A stretch of 64,000 nucleotides of DNA. Origin: Bacteroidota bacterium (GTDB taxonomy: Bacteria; Bacteroidota; Bacteroidia; Chitinophagales; Chitinophagaceae). A model generated the notes under the pieces. The model was given only the letters and a program-made list of their open reading frames with translations. It did no database searches and was not told the origin of the DNA. Of the stretch, positions 27,241 to 36,217 are shown in pieces (position 1 is the first letter of the stretch; each line of letters opens with the position of its first letter). The position numbers were made by a program, and so were the translations under genes. The stretch is from NCBI GenBank assembly GCA_947457075.1, contig CANGUG010000010.1, positions 23,177-87,176 on the forward strand, in the 5' to 3' direction.

Positions 27241-27295
27241 GTTAATTTAAAGTTAATATTAAGTTCATATTCAGGTAACAATTTGGTAACATTAG
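27241..27295 (+). repeat. Five 11-bp-phased direct repeats (Pho-box/OmpR-type operator-like)
   Basis: GTTAATTTAAA GTTAATATTAA GTTCATATTCA GGTAACAATTT GGTAACATTAG, contiguous, about 35 nt upstream of the TonB receptor start. Confidence 0.65.
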
Positions 27296-27329
27296 TGTCT
27301 AATATTTGCGGTATAAACAACTCTATATC

Positions 27330-30089
27330 GTGAAAAGGCTATCCATACTATTTACATTCGTTTTATCTGCTTTACTAGTTCAAGCTCAAAAAGCAAAATT
27401 ATCAGGGAAGATTACCAATTCAAAAAATGAAGCACTAATTTCAGTTACAGTTTCTTTGAAAGGGGAAAAAACAATAGTGACTAAATCGGATGTGGAAGGA
27501 AGATATAGTTTCAATATTGATGTCAATAAAAATTACACTTTAGTATTAAGTTATGTAGGATACAAGGAATCAACCATCGCTAATATAAAAGCGACAAGTG
27601 ACAAAGAAGAGATTATAAAAGATGTTTTGTTAGAGGAAGCAGGTAACAAATTAACGGACGTAGTAGTTAGTACCTCAAGAGCAAATAATAAAGGTGAAAC
27701 TGCTAGTGCATTAATTGCTTATCAGAAAAATACCAATACAGTGGCTTCTGTTATTTCAGCTGAAAGTATTAAAAGAAGTCCAGATAGAAATACAGCTGAA
27801 ATTTTAAAAAGAACTCCCGGTGCTTCTATACAAGAAGGTAAATATATTGTTGTAAGAGGATTAGCAGATAGATATAATCAAGCCATGCTGAATGGAATTT
27901 TATTGACAAGTACAGAGCCTGATCGTAAAACTTTTTCTTTTGATTTATTTCCTTCACAAATCATTGATAATATCATTATTAATAAAGCATTTGTTCCTGA
28001 ATTGCCAGGAGAATGGGCTGGTGGTTTAATTCAAGTAAATACCAAAGACATTCCAACAAAAAACTTTTTCAATATTCAATTGTCAACAAGTTATAACGCT
28101 ATTACTACGGGCAAAGATTTTTACAAAGACAAAGGAGGTAAAACAGATTGGTATGGTATTGACGATGGTACAAGATCATTGCCAGCTGGATATACTACTA
28201 AGTCTAATTTTGACACTACTAATATTGCTGCTAAAACTGCCTTGGGTAAAACTATGGCTAATAACTGGGTCCCAGTTAAAACTACAGCAGCCCCCAATTT
28301 TGCATTACAAATGAATGGCGGATTTACGGGTACTTTATTTGGTAAAAAAGTGGGGGGAATGTTAGGTGCTAACTTTGCAAGAAACCAAAGATTTCAAAAT
28401 AATTTAAATCAGCAAAACACGCTTGAAGGAAATACTTTCTCAACTATTTACAAATATGCCGATGAAAAGTACATTCAAGACATTAATATGGGTGCTATTG
28501 CCGGCTTGTCTATGTACTTAAATCCATTGAATAAAATAAGCTATAAAGCCATTTTAAATGTAAAGTCAAGTAACGCCTTTACTTCAAGAACTGGTAATGA
28601 ATATACAAGAGATGATTTGATGAAGGGTAATGAATTTAATTTTACTCAAAATACTTTTTTCACCAATCAACTAAACGGTGAACATAGCTTGTCTCCTAAA
28701 TTGAAGTTTAATTGGTATGGTGCATTTAATATTTTAGACAGCTATAGTCCTGATCAAAGAAGAATTTTATATACTAAATCTACAACTGGTAATGATCCTT
28801 ATGTATTGAATATATCTAATACTTTATCTCAACAATCAGGAAGTAGAATTTTTCAAAACTTGAGCGATTATATCTATACAGCAGGTGGAGACATCTCCTA
28901 TAAAATTGGACAACAAACTATTAAAGCGGGTTATATTTTACAAATCAAGGATCGTTTGTATGATGCCAAATTATTTGCCAATTTCTTACCAAAAGACAAC
29001 CCTGCATTAAGAGCTTTAGCTCCAGATGTGGTTTTTGCTCCTGAAAATTTTGGTAATGGAACAGATAATAAATTTGGATTTGATGCCATTAAAGGAAGAA
29101 ATTTCAGGTACATGGCCAACACCATTTTGAATGGAGGATATGTGCAATTTGACAATAAATTAAGCGAAAAGTTAAGAGCAGTTTGGGGTATACGTGTGGA
29201 GGATTTCGATCAGTTAGTAGGTAGCGCAAATAAATACGATCCAAGACATACTTTATCAAGGGTTACCGACTTTCTACCTGGTTTGAATACAACTTATAAG
29301 ATTACGCAAAATAGTAATTTAAGACTTACCGCATCTCAAACAGTCATTAGACCAGAATTAAGAGAACTCTCTTTCTTGAACATCTTTGATTTTGAATTAA
29401 ATGCTTCTGTACAAGGTAACCCGTCTTTAAAAAGAACAAAAATCACCAATACGGATTTAAGGTATGAATTATATCCAGGTTCTGGTGAAGTATTTACGGT
29501 TGGTGTATTTTATAAGGACTTTGTAAACCCTATCGAACAAATATTTAGTGAAGGCGCAGGTGGATCAAGTACTTTCTCTTTCCAAAATGCCAAGAAAGCC
29601 ACTACCTATGGAATGGAAATTGAAGCAAGAAAAAAATTAAATAAATTTTTCACTTTCCAAGCCAATGCTTCTTTGATTAACAGTAGAATAAAAGACGAAA
29701 GTTTAAACATAAACAGACAATTACAAGGACAGTCCCCTTATTTAATGAACCTTGGCTTACTATATGATATAGTAGATAAAGGGTTCAATGCAACTTTATT
29801 ATTTAATCAAATTGGAGAGCGTATATACTTAGTGGGAGACATGCAAGCAGGTTCAGCCTCCCCCAATATATATGAAGCACCAAGGGCATTGGTTGATTTT
29901 CAAATGAGCAAAAAAATAATGAACAATAAAGCTGAAATTAAACTAACAGCTTCAGACATCTTAAACCAAACACAAGTTTTTTATCAAAACGTATCCACTA
30001 ATCTTAAATATGAAAAAGGAATTGATGCAGTTCGTTTTTCTAGAAGATTCGGTGCTACTTATGGAATATCATTTAATTACGCTTTATAA
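27330..30089 (+). CDS. TonB-dependent receptor (non-SusC type)
   Basis: Signal peptide, carboxypeptidase-regulatory-like domain, plug SAESIKRSPDRNTAEILKR.PG...VVRGLADRYN, FAGEW-like PGEWAGG, GNPSLK, and C-terminal YGISFNYAL. GTG at 27330 is preferred to TTG at 27306. Confidence 0.9.
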   Translation: MKRLSILFTFVLSALLVQAQKAKLSGKITNSKNEALISVTVSLKGEKTIVTKSDVEGRYSFNIDVNKNYTLVLSYVGYKESTIANIKATSDKEEIIKDVLLEEAGNKLTDVVVSTSRANNKGETASALIAYQKNTNTVASVISAESIKRSPDRNTAEILKRTPGASIQEGKYIVVRGLADRYNQAMLNGILLTSTEPDRKTFSFDLFPSQIIDNIIINKAFVPELPGEWAGGLIQVNTKDIPTKNFFNIQLSTSYNAITTGKDFYKDKGGKTDWYGIDDGTRSLPAGYTTKSNFDTTNIAAKTALGKTMANNWVPVKTTAAPNFALQMNGGFTGTLFGKKVGGMLGANFARNQRFQNNLNQQNTLEGNTFSTIYKYADEKYIQDINMGAIAGLSMYLNPLNKISYKAILNVKSSNAFTSRTGNEYTRDDLMKGNEFNFTQNTFFTNQLNGEHSLSPKLKFNWYGAFNILDSYSPDQRRILYTKSTTGNDPYVLNISNTLSQQSGSRIFQNLSDYIYTAGGDISYKIGQQTIKAGYILQIKDRLYDAKLFANFLPKDNPALRALAPDVVFAPENFGNGTDNKFGFDAIKGRNFRYMANTILNGGYVQFDNKLSEKLRAVWGIRVEDFDQLVGSANKYDPRHTLSRVTDFLPGLNTTYKITQNSNLRLTASQTVIRPELRELSFLNIFDFELNASVQGNPSLKRTKITNTDLRYELYPGSGEVFTVGVFYKDFVNPIEQIFSEGAGGSSTFSFQNAKKATTYGMEIEARKKLNKFFTFQANASLINSRIKDESLNINRQLQGQSPYLMNLGLLYDIVDKGFNATLLFNQIGERIYLVGDMQAGSASPNIYEAPRALVDFQMSKKIMNNKAEIKLTASDILNQTQVFYQNVSTNLKYEKGIDAVRFSRRFGATYGISFNYAL

Positions 30090-30127
30090 TATCATTCAAC
30101 AACAAATCTTTTTTAAATACAAAAACA

Positions 30128-31636
30128 ATGAAACAATTATTTATTTTATCATTAGCCTTTTTAGCTGTAACTGGCTGTAGAAAAGTGGAAGCAGACGGTG
30201 AAAAGCAAATCGTTATTATTAATGCCGGTGGTACTGGTAACACAAGTCCAACTGCCAATACAGTGACTTTAAAGGGAAGAATCACAAAAGACACTACGTT
30301 ATTAGCAAAAGATATCAACTTCTTGTCTGGTATTGTGTATATCACTAAAGGAGTTACACTTACTGTTGAAGCTGGTGCCACAGTTAAAGGGCAGTTTTCT
30401 GGTGCGGATGTTTCTGCTTTAGTAATTTGCCGTGGAGCCAAAATTATAGCTAAAGGAACTGTTGACAAGCCAATTATATTTACTTCGGCCTCTGCCAATC
30501 CACAATCAGGCGATTGGGGTGGTATTGTATTGTGCGGAACTGCTCCAATTAATACAACTTTCACAGTGAACGGCGCTGCGGTAAATGGATTATACCAAGT
30601 TGAAGGAGGTGTTGATAATGCAAATGGTGACGGATTAGCGGGTGCAGGTGATGCTGCATTCCCAACTGTTAACCCTGCGGATAATTCGGGAATTTTACAA
30701 TATGTAAGAATTGAATATGCTGGATATGCTTATCAACCAGATAAAGAAATTAATAGTTTAACGATGGCTGCAGTAGGTAGTGGTACAACTATTGAATATG
30801 TTGAAGCTGCTTTTGGTAAAGACGATAGTTTTGAGTGGTTTGGTGGTACAGTGAACTGCAAATATTTAATTTCTTACAAAGGTCAGGATGATGATTTTGA
30901 CTCGGACAATGGCTATAGTGGTAATGTACAATTTGGTATTGTAATCCGTGATTCTGCGATTGCAGATATTTCTAAATCAGAAGCATTTGAATCTGACAAT
31001 AACCCAACTGGTACTACTGCCTCTCCAAAAACAAATGCTGTATTTTCAAATTTTACGCTTATTGGGCCAAGAGCAACATTAACTAATATTGGCAATAGCT
31101 TGTACCTAGCGGGTGCTCAAATTAGAAGAAACTCTGGTATTTCTATTCAAAATTCAATATTCATGGGATGGCCAATTGGTTTGTTAATTGATGCTAGTAC
31201 TGGTACTCCTACTGATTTAAATATAGTAGATAGTACTATTCGATTTAAAAATAATACTTTCGCAGGCAATAACATTAATGTAAAATATACAGTAAGTGCT
31301 AGTGCTCCAACTGGTGCTACTGATGCGAGTATGTTGGCTTGGGTGTCAACTCCGTTTTATAGAAATGCCATTGCATTGAATGCAGTGGATGCAAAGTTGA
31401 TTCAGCCATTTAACTATACCATGTTTGATGCAACTCCTTATGCAGGTTCAGCTGCACCCACTGGTATTAATTTAGTATTAGGAACTGCTGCTAATTTCAA
31501 CTATGCAAGCAATGGCTCTTTTGATGATGCTAAATTACAAAACCCTTACTTCAAGCCAGTTACTTTTAGAGGTGCTATTGGTTTAAATGGGGTGGATGCT
31601 ACTTGGTGGAAAGGTTGGGCTAAATTTAACTACTAA
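30128..31636 (+). CDS. Uncharacterised surface lipoprotein, probable parallel beta-helix, Asp-rich
   Basis: Lipobox VTGC, GDWGGIVLCG, YVRIEYAG, DKEINSLT, DDSFEWFGG, QDDDFDSDNG and AFESDN; cotranscribed with the TonB receptor. Confidence 0.75.
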   Translation: MKQLFILSLAFLAVTGCRKVEADGEKQIVIINAGGTGNTSPTANTVTLKGRITKDTTLLAKDINFLSGIVYITKGVTLTVEAGATVKGQFSGADVSALVICRGAKIIAKGTVDKPIIFTSASANPQSGDWGGIVLCGTAPINTTFTVNGAAVNGLYQVEGGVDNANGDGLAGAGDAAFPTVNPADNSGILQYVRIEYAGYAYQPDKEINSLTMAAVGSGTTIEYVEAAFGKDDSFEWFGGTVNCKYLISYKGQDDDFDSDNGYSGNVQFGIVIRDSAIADISKSEAFESDNNPTGTTASPKTNAVFSNFTLIGPRATLTNIGNSLYLAGAQIRRNSGISIQNSIFMGWPIGLLIDASTGTPTDLNIVDSTIRFKNNTFAGNNINVKYTVSASAPTGATDASMLAWVSTPFYRNAIALNAVDAKLIQPFNYTMFDATPYAGSAAPTGINLVLGTAANFNYASNGSFDDAKLQNPYFKPVTFRGAIGLNGVDATWWKGWAKFNY

Positions 31637-31657
31637 TTTATAAAGTGGCTACTTTAT

Positions 31658-31690
31658 AAAAAAAGAGGTTCATTTTGAACCTCTTTTTTT
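31658..31690 (+). terminator. Rho-independent (bidirectional-looking) terminator
   Basis: AAAAAAAGAGGTTCA-ttt-TGAACCTCTTTTTTT. Confidence 0.85.
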
Positions 31691-31759
31691 ATGCACGCTT
31701 AACAATTTCGTAATATCAACTGAATGTTAAGTCCGAATTTTTTTTATGAATATTTGTAT

Positions 31760-32215
31760 ATGTCATTGAACGATATTTTATATACTTACAGGGAAGCCGA
31801 CAAAGAAGATTGGCCTATTTTTTATGACGCCTATTTGAGTAATGCTGCTATACCAATAAATAAAATAAGATTCAAAGATATATTTGAAAATTACTTGCTT
31901 GATCGTTTAATGTTAGTTTTTATTTTTGAAAAAGAAGCTACTAAAAGTATAGTGGGAGGTACAATACTTAAAAAATCGAATGAATTATTTAATGAAAACA
32001 GTTTTGTTGAAATTCAACATTTGCATATTTTATCAAAGTACAGAAGATTAAATGCAGCAACACAATTGTATGCTTTTATTGAAGAGATTGCCAAAGACAA
32101 TAAGGCTACTAAAATTATGGTTTCCTGTAATCTTAATTCAACTTTAAATCAACGATTTTATTTAAGGAATAAGTTTGTTTTTTCTAAAAAAATATATCAG
32201 AAAAATATAGAGTAA
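31760..32215 (+). CDS. GNAT family N-acetyltransferase
   Basis: YREADKED, EIQHLHILSKYRRLNAATQL and FYLRNKF. The ATG at 31760 is preferred. Confidence 0.7.
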   Translation: MSLNDILYTYREADKEDWPIFYDAYLSNAAIPINKIRFKDIFENYLLDRLMLVFIFEKEATKSIVGGTILKKSNELFNENSFVEIQHLHILSKYRRLNAATQLYAFIEEIAKDNKATKIMVSCNLNSTLNQRFYLRNKFVFSKKIYQKNIE

Positions 32216-32280
32216 CTACAATTGCTCAAATTTATTACAAGCCGCCTTTATTTTTGGAATAGACGCATTTTGATCTTCAT

Positions 32281-33165
32281 CTAAGCTTCCTTAATAACTA
32301 AGTCGTACAAATGATGAATTAATCCATCAGCCAGCCCAATTTTAGGCACTAAAACCTGTTCAACATTACACCACTTAAATATATTTGTATAAATTTCAAG
32401 TGCTGGTGCAATTACTTCTGCCCTATCTTTTTTAATGTTGTATTTTTTCATACGCTCTTCAATATTCAACTGCAGCATATCTCTATACATGTCTTTAACT
32501 GCAGTTGATTGGAGGTATTTATCGTCTTTTGACCTTAGTAGTGAAAAAATTTTATTAATATTCCCCCCTGATCCAATACCAATAATTGGCGCATAATTTT
32601 TAGCAATCATTTTGCAAGTATCTTTCAATTCCTCCCAGGCTTCATTAGTCACTTTATTGGTAAGTAAACGGACTGTGCCTATATTAACTGATTTTTGTAG
32701 TACCAACTCATTATTGCGATAGAGCGTTAGTTCAGTGCTTCCGCCACCCACATCCATATACAAGTAACTATCCTTGTTGTCTAGTAGTTCAGCAATATGA
32801 TTTTCGTAAATTATTTCAGCTTCTAGTTCACCAGAAATAATTTCAATTTCAATGCTAGTTTCGTCCTCTATTTCTTTAATTATTTCTTTGCTATTTTGGG
32901 CATCCCTCATAGCACTTGTGGCACAAGCCATATAATGCTCCACCTCATATACTTTCATTAACTGCTTGTATGCTTTTATAGTGTCAATGAGCATTTTTCG
33001 CTTGCGACTACCTATAAATCCTTTTTCAAACACGTCAAATCCCAATTGTAAAGGAATTCGAACAATATTTATTCGATTGAATGTTACTTCTTTGCCTTTT
33101 TGTTCAACTTCGCTAATTAAAAGCCTTGCTGCGTTACTTCCAATATCGATGGCTGCTAAAATCAA
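32281..33165 (-). CDS. ppx: Exopolyphosphatase (Ppx/GppA family)
   Basis: AAIDIGSNAARL, ATSAMRDA, ISGELEA, DVGGGSTE, GSGGNIN, GLADG. Confidence 0.93.
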   Translation of the reverse strand: MILAAIDIGSNAARLLISEVEQKGKEVTFNRINIVRIPLQLGFDVFEKGFIGSRKRKMLIDTIKAYKQLMKVYEVEHYMACATSAMRDAQNSKEIIKEIEDETSIEIEIISGELEAEIIYENHIAELLDNKDSYLYMDVGGGSTELTLYRNNELVLQKSVNIGTVRLLTNKVTNEAWEELKDTCKMIAKNYAPIIGIGSGGNINKIFSLLRSKDDKYLQSTAVKDMYRDMLQLNIEERMKKYNIKKDRAEVIAPALEIYTNIFKWCNVEQVLVPKIGLADGLIHHLYDLVIKEA

Positions 33166-33169
33166 TTTG

Positions 33170-35233
33170 TTATTTTTTACCTTTTAAGTATAAATAGGTA
33201 GCTTCTTGCGACTTATATTTTTTACCTATCAAAGGTACATATTTATTGGCCAAATCTGAATCAAGGATCCTGGCTTTTTGATTGTCTTTTAATTGAATAT
33301 TAATAATGTCAATTAATTCTTTTTTTATAATAGGGTCGAAAATAGGCGTTGCAACTTCAATTCGATGGTCTAAATTACGCACCATCCAATCGGCACTGGA
33401 AATATACACTTTCTCTTTTCCTTTATTATGGAATATCATTACCCTAGCGTGTTCTAAATATTGATCCACAATACTAATGGCATTTAGTTTTTGATTTCCT
33501 TTTTCATTATTGTATTTCAATGTAAGAATTCCCCTAATAATTAAATGAACTTCTACATTTGCCTTAATTGCTTTGTATAAGTGCTCAATAAGAGTTATAT
33601 CAGTTAAAGCGTTAAGTTTAATAATGATTTTTGCTTGCTTACCCTGCTTTGCGATTTTTATTTCGTTCTCAATTAATTGCATTATTGAATTTCTCATATT
33701 AATCGGCGAAATCAATAAGTGTTGCATTTTGACAATTGGCTTATCCCCTTGCTGCCAGTTTTCTAAATAAGTAAATATCCTAGTAGATTCATTCATTAAT
33801 TGTGCATTGGCAGTAAGCAAACAATGATCTGCATAAACTTTAGCAGTTTTTTCATTTAAATTGCCAGTACTTATAAATCCATATTTAATAATTTTTCCAG
33901 CAACTCTTTTTTGAATAATACAAAGTTTTGCATGTACTTTTTTGTTGGGCACGCCCACTAATACATTAACTCCTTCCTCTTCTAATATCGATTTCCATTC
34001 TAGATTTGCTTCCTCGTCAAAACGTGCTTTTAATTCTAAGAAAACCGTTACCAATTTTCCATTTCTTGCCGCATTAATTAAGGCATTAATTACTTTAGAA
34101 TTGCTTGCTAAACGATAGGCTGTAATTTTTATGCTTATAACATGGTCATCCATTGCAGCTTCTCTTAACATATCAATGATTGGATCATAGGAATGATAAG
34201 GAAAATGTAACATAACGTCCTTTTCAAGCAGTATATCCGAAACAAGCTCCTTTTTTTTAAATGCGGGGTGGATTAAAGGACTAGGTCTTGTATTTTTTAT
34301 AGGGATGATGTTGGGGAAGTCCATAAAATGCCTAAAATTATGTATATGCCCACCAGGGATCATGCTACTTTTCCTAGAAAGCTTTAATTTTTTAATCAAA
34401 AATTCAAGCATCTCAGCATTCATTTCTTTTTCATAGACAAATCGAACAGGTTTACCCTTGCGTCTATTTTTGATACCTTTTGAAATTTTATCTATAAAAT
34501 TGGCACCTACTTCTTGGTCTAAGTCAATTTCTGCGTCTTTTGTTATTTTAAATACATGCGCATCGAATTTATTAAATTTAAAGTGGGAGAATATAATCGG
34601 TAAATTATACCTAATTAAATCTTCTAGTAAAATAATACTTGATGATCCTGGTTTTGAAGGCAATAAAATAAACCGACCAATAGATTTAGAAGGAATTTCT
34701 ATTAAAGAAAATTTTTGATCATAGGCATTTGATTTATTGGCCATTACAATAGCTAAGTATAAACTTTTGTCCCTTAAATAAGGAAGCTCTGGGACATTTT
34801 CAATCATTAAGGGAATAATATAAGGACGTACCACTTCATCAAAGTAATTCTTAATAAAAGTTTTTTGTTCGAGATTCAATTTTTTATCATCAACCAATAA
34901 AATTTTATTTTCCTTTAACTCCTTATTTAAATTTTGCCATATTCTGTTAAATTCATTCTGCTGTCTTAAAACAATTCTTTGAATTTCATCCAAAATAGCC
35001 TGAGGAGTTTCAATTAAATCAATATTTTGAATATGTCCTTTTTTATCTGTGTATTCAGTCATTCTTTTCAAAGTGGCAACGCGCACCCTGAAAAATTCAT
35101 CTAAATTATTTGAAAAAATACCTAAAAACTTAATTCTTTCATTTAATGGAACTGATGGGTCGTTGGCTTCTTGTAAAACGCGCCCATTAAAACTTAACCA
35201 ACTAATATCTCTAGCAATAAATCTGTCTTTCAT
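33170..35233 (-). CDS. ppk1: Polyphosphate kinase 1
   Basis: RDISWLSFNGRVLQEA, SNNLDEFFRVRVA, HFPYHSY, ELKARFDEEAN, KVHAK, STGNLNE.TA..YAD, EHAR, SADWMVRNLDHRIEV. Confidence 0.97.
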   Translation of the reverse strand: MKDRFIARDISWLSFNGRVLQEANDPSVPLNERIKFLGIFSNNLDEFFRVRVATLKRMTEYTDKKGHIQNIDLIETPQAILDEIQRIVLRQQNEFNRIWQNLNKELKENKILLVDDKKLNLEQKTFIKNYFDEVVRPYIIPLMIENVPELPYLRDKSLYLAIVMANKSNAYDQKFSLIEIPSKSIGRFILLPSKPGSSSIILLEDLIRYNLPIIFSHFKFNKFDAHVFKITKDAEIDLDQEVGANFIDKISKGIKNRRKGKPVRFVYEKEMNAEMLEFLIKKLKLSRKSSMIPGGHIHNFRHFMDFPNIIPIKNTRPSPLIHPAFKKKELVSDILLEKDVMLHFPYHSYDPIIDMLREAAMDDHVISIKITAYRLASNSKVINALINAARNGKLVTVFLELKARFDEEANLEWKSILEEEGVNVLVGVPNKKVHAKLCIIQKRVAGKIIKYGFISTGNLNEKTAKVYADHCLLTANAQLMNESTRIFTYLENWQQGDKPIVKMQHLLISPINMRNSIMQLIENEIKIAKQGKQAKIIIKLNALTDITLIEHLYKAIKANVEVHLIIRGILTLKYNNEKGNQKLNAISIVDQYLEHARVMIFHNKGKEKVYISSADWMVRNLDHRIEVATPIFDPIIKKELIDIINIQLKDNQKARILDSDLANKYVPLIGKKYKSQEATYLYLKGKK

Positions 35234-35368
35234 ATATAACTATTTCATCACGAATTTATTATTACTATCATAAGTTACAACAAAGCTATAATAAGTTAAT
35301 AATTTATTAATAATTAGGAAATAATAAGGACATATACATTAACGTATTTTACTAAAACTACTTACCCG

Positions 35369-36211
35369 ATGGAAAAACGTTATATTGAAGTATGCGTAAT
35401 CAGTGACGTTCATTTGGGCACTTTTGGATGTCAAGCAAAAGAGGTTTTGAACTACTTAAGAAGTATTCAGCCTAAAACATTGATTCTTAATGGGGATATT
35501 ATTGATATTTGGCAGTTTAGCAAACGCTTTTTCCCTGCTAGTCACATGGCGGTCATAAAAGAGATTTTTAATATGGCCAGTAAAGGCACTAAAGTGGTTT
35601 ATATTACAGGAAACCATGACGAAGCTTTACGCAAATACGCCGATTTTGAAATGGGCAATATTTTACTTACTGATAAAATTGTATTTGAGATAAATGGTGA
35701 AAAAAATTGGGTTTTTCATGGAGATGTATTTGATAGAACCACAAAGGGAAGTGCTAAAATATTGGCTAAATTAGGTGGTTACGGTTATGATTTACTGATT
35801 ATATTGAATAGCTTATTTAACTGGATTTCAAGGTTGTTTGGACGTGAGAAAATGAGTTTTAGTAAAAAGGTTAAAAATGGGGTAAAACAAGCGGTTTCTT
35901 GGATTGGCAATTTTGAACAAACAGCAGCAGAGTTAGCCATTGAAAACGGCTATCAATATGTTATTTGTGGACATATCCATCAACCTCAGCTGCGCGTTAT
36001 TTCAACAGATAGGGGAACTGTTACTTATTTAAATAGTGGTGATTGGATCGAGAATTCAACTTCTTTAGAATATTATGATAACGCTTGGCATTTATATCAT
36101 TATAATCCAAAACAGTTTGAACATGTTTCAAAAGAAAAAATTAAAGTGGTGCATTTAAATACTGAATTAAATGTCATGACTAGTGAGGTTGCATTTCAGG
36201 TTTCACTATAA
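35369..36211 (+). CDS. plcP: Metallophosphoesterase of the LpxH-like family, most similar in motif pattern to PlcP phospholipase C
   Basis: ISDVHLGTFGCQA, GDIID, GNHDE, HGDVFD, LGGYGYD, KKVK.AV..I..FE, ICGHIH, YLNSGDWIE. Confidence 0.72.
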   Translation: MEKRYIEVCVISDVHLGTFGCQAKEVLNYLRSIQPKTLILNGDIIDIWQFSKRFFPASHMAVIKEIFNMASKGTKVVYITGNHDEALRKYADFEMGNILLTDKIVFEINGEKNWVFHGDVFDRTTKGSAKILAKLGGYGYDLLIILNSLFNWISRLFGREKMSFSKKVKNGVKQAVSWIGNFEQTAAELAIENGYQYVICGHIHQPQLRVISTDRGTVTYLNSGDWIENSTSLEYYDNAWHLYHYNPKQFEHVSKEKIKVVHLNTELNVMTSEVAFQVSL

Positions 36212-36217
36212 GTATAT

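Noticed and set aside
27241-27295. The 11-bp repeat array read as a CRISPR array or satellite
   Set aside because: The units are contiguous, degenerate and 11 nt long, with no spacers and no cas genes; the array fits an operator better.
30073-30564. 163-aa minus-strand ORF antisense to the lipoprotein gene
   Set aside because: It is a shadow of a well-supported plus-strand gene, has no recognisable motif, and its composition fits the reverse complement of a Gly/Ala/Thr-rich gene.
35369-36211. Annotation as lipid A enzyme LpxH
   Set aside because: Not excluded, but the motif pattern and the context (ppk/ppx, glycosyltransferase, no lpx genes nearby) favour PlcP.
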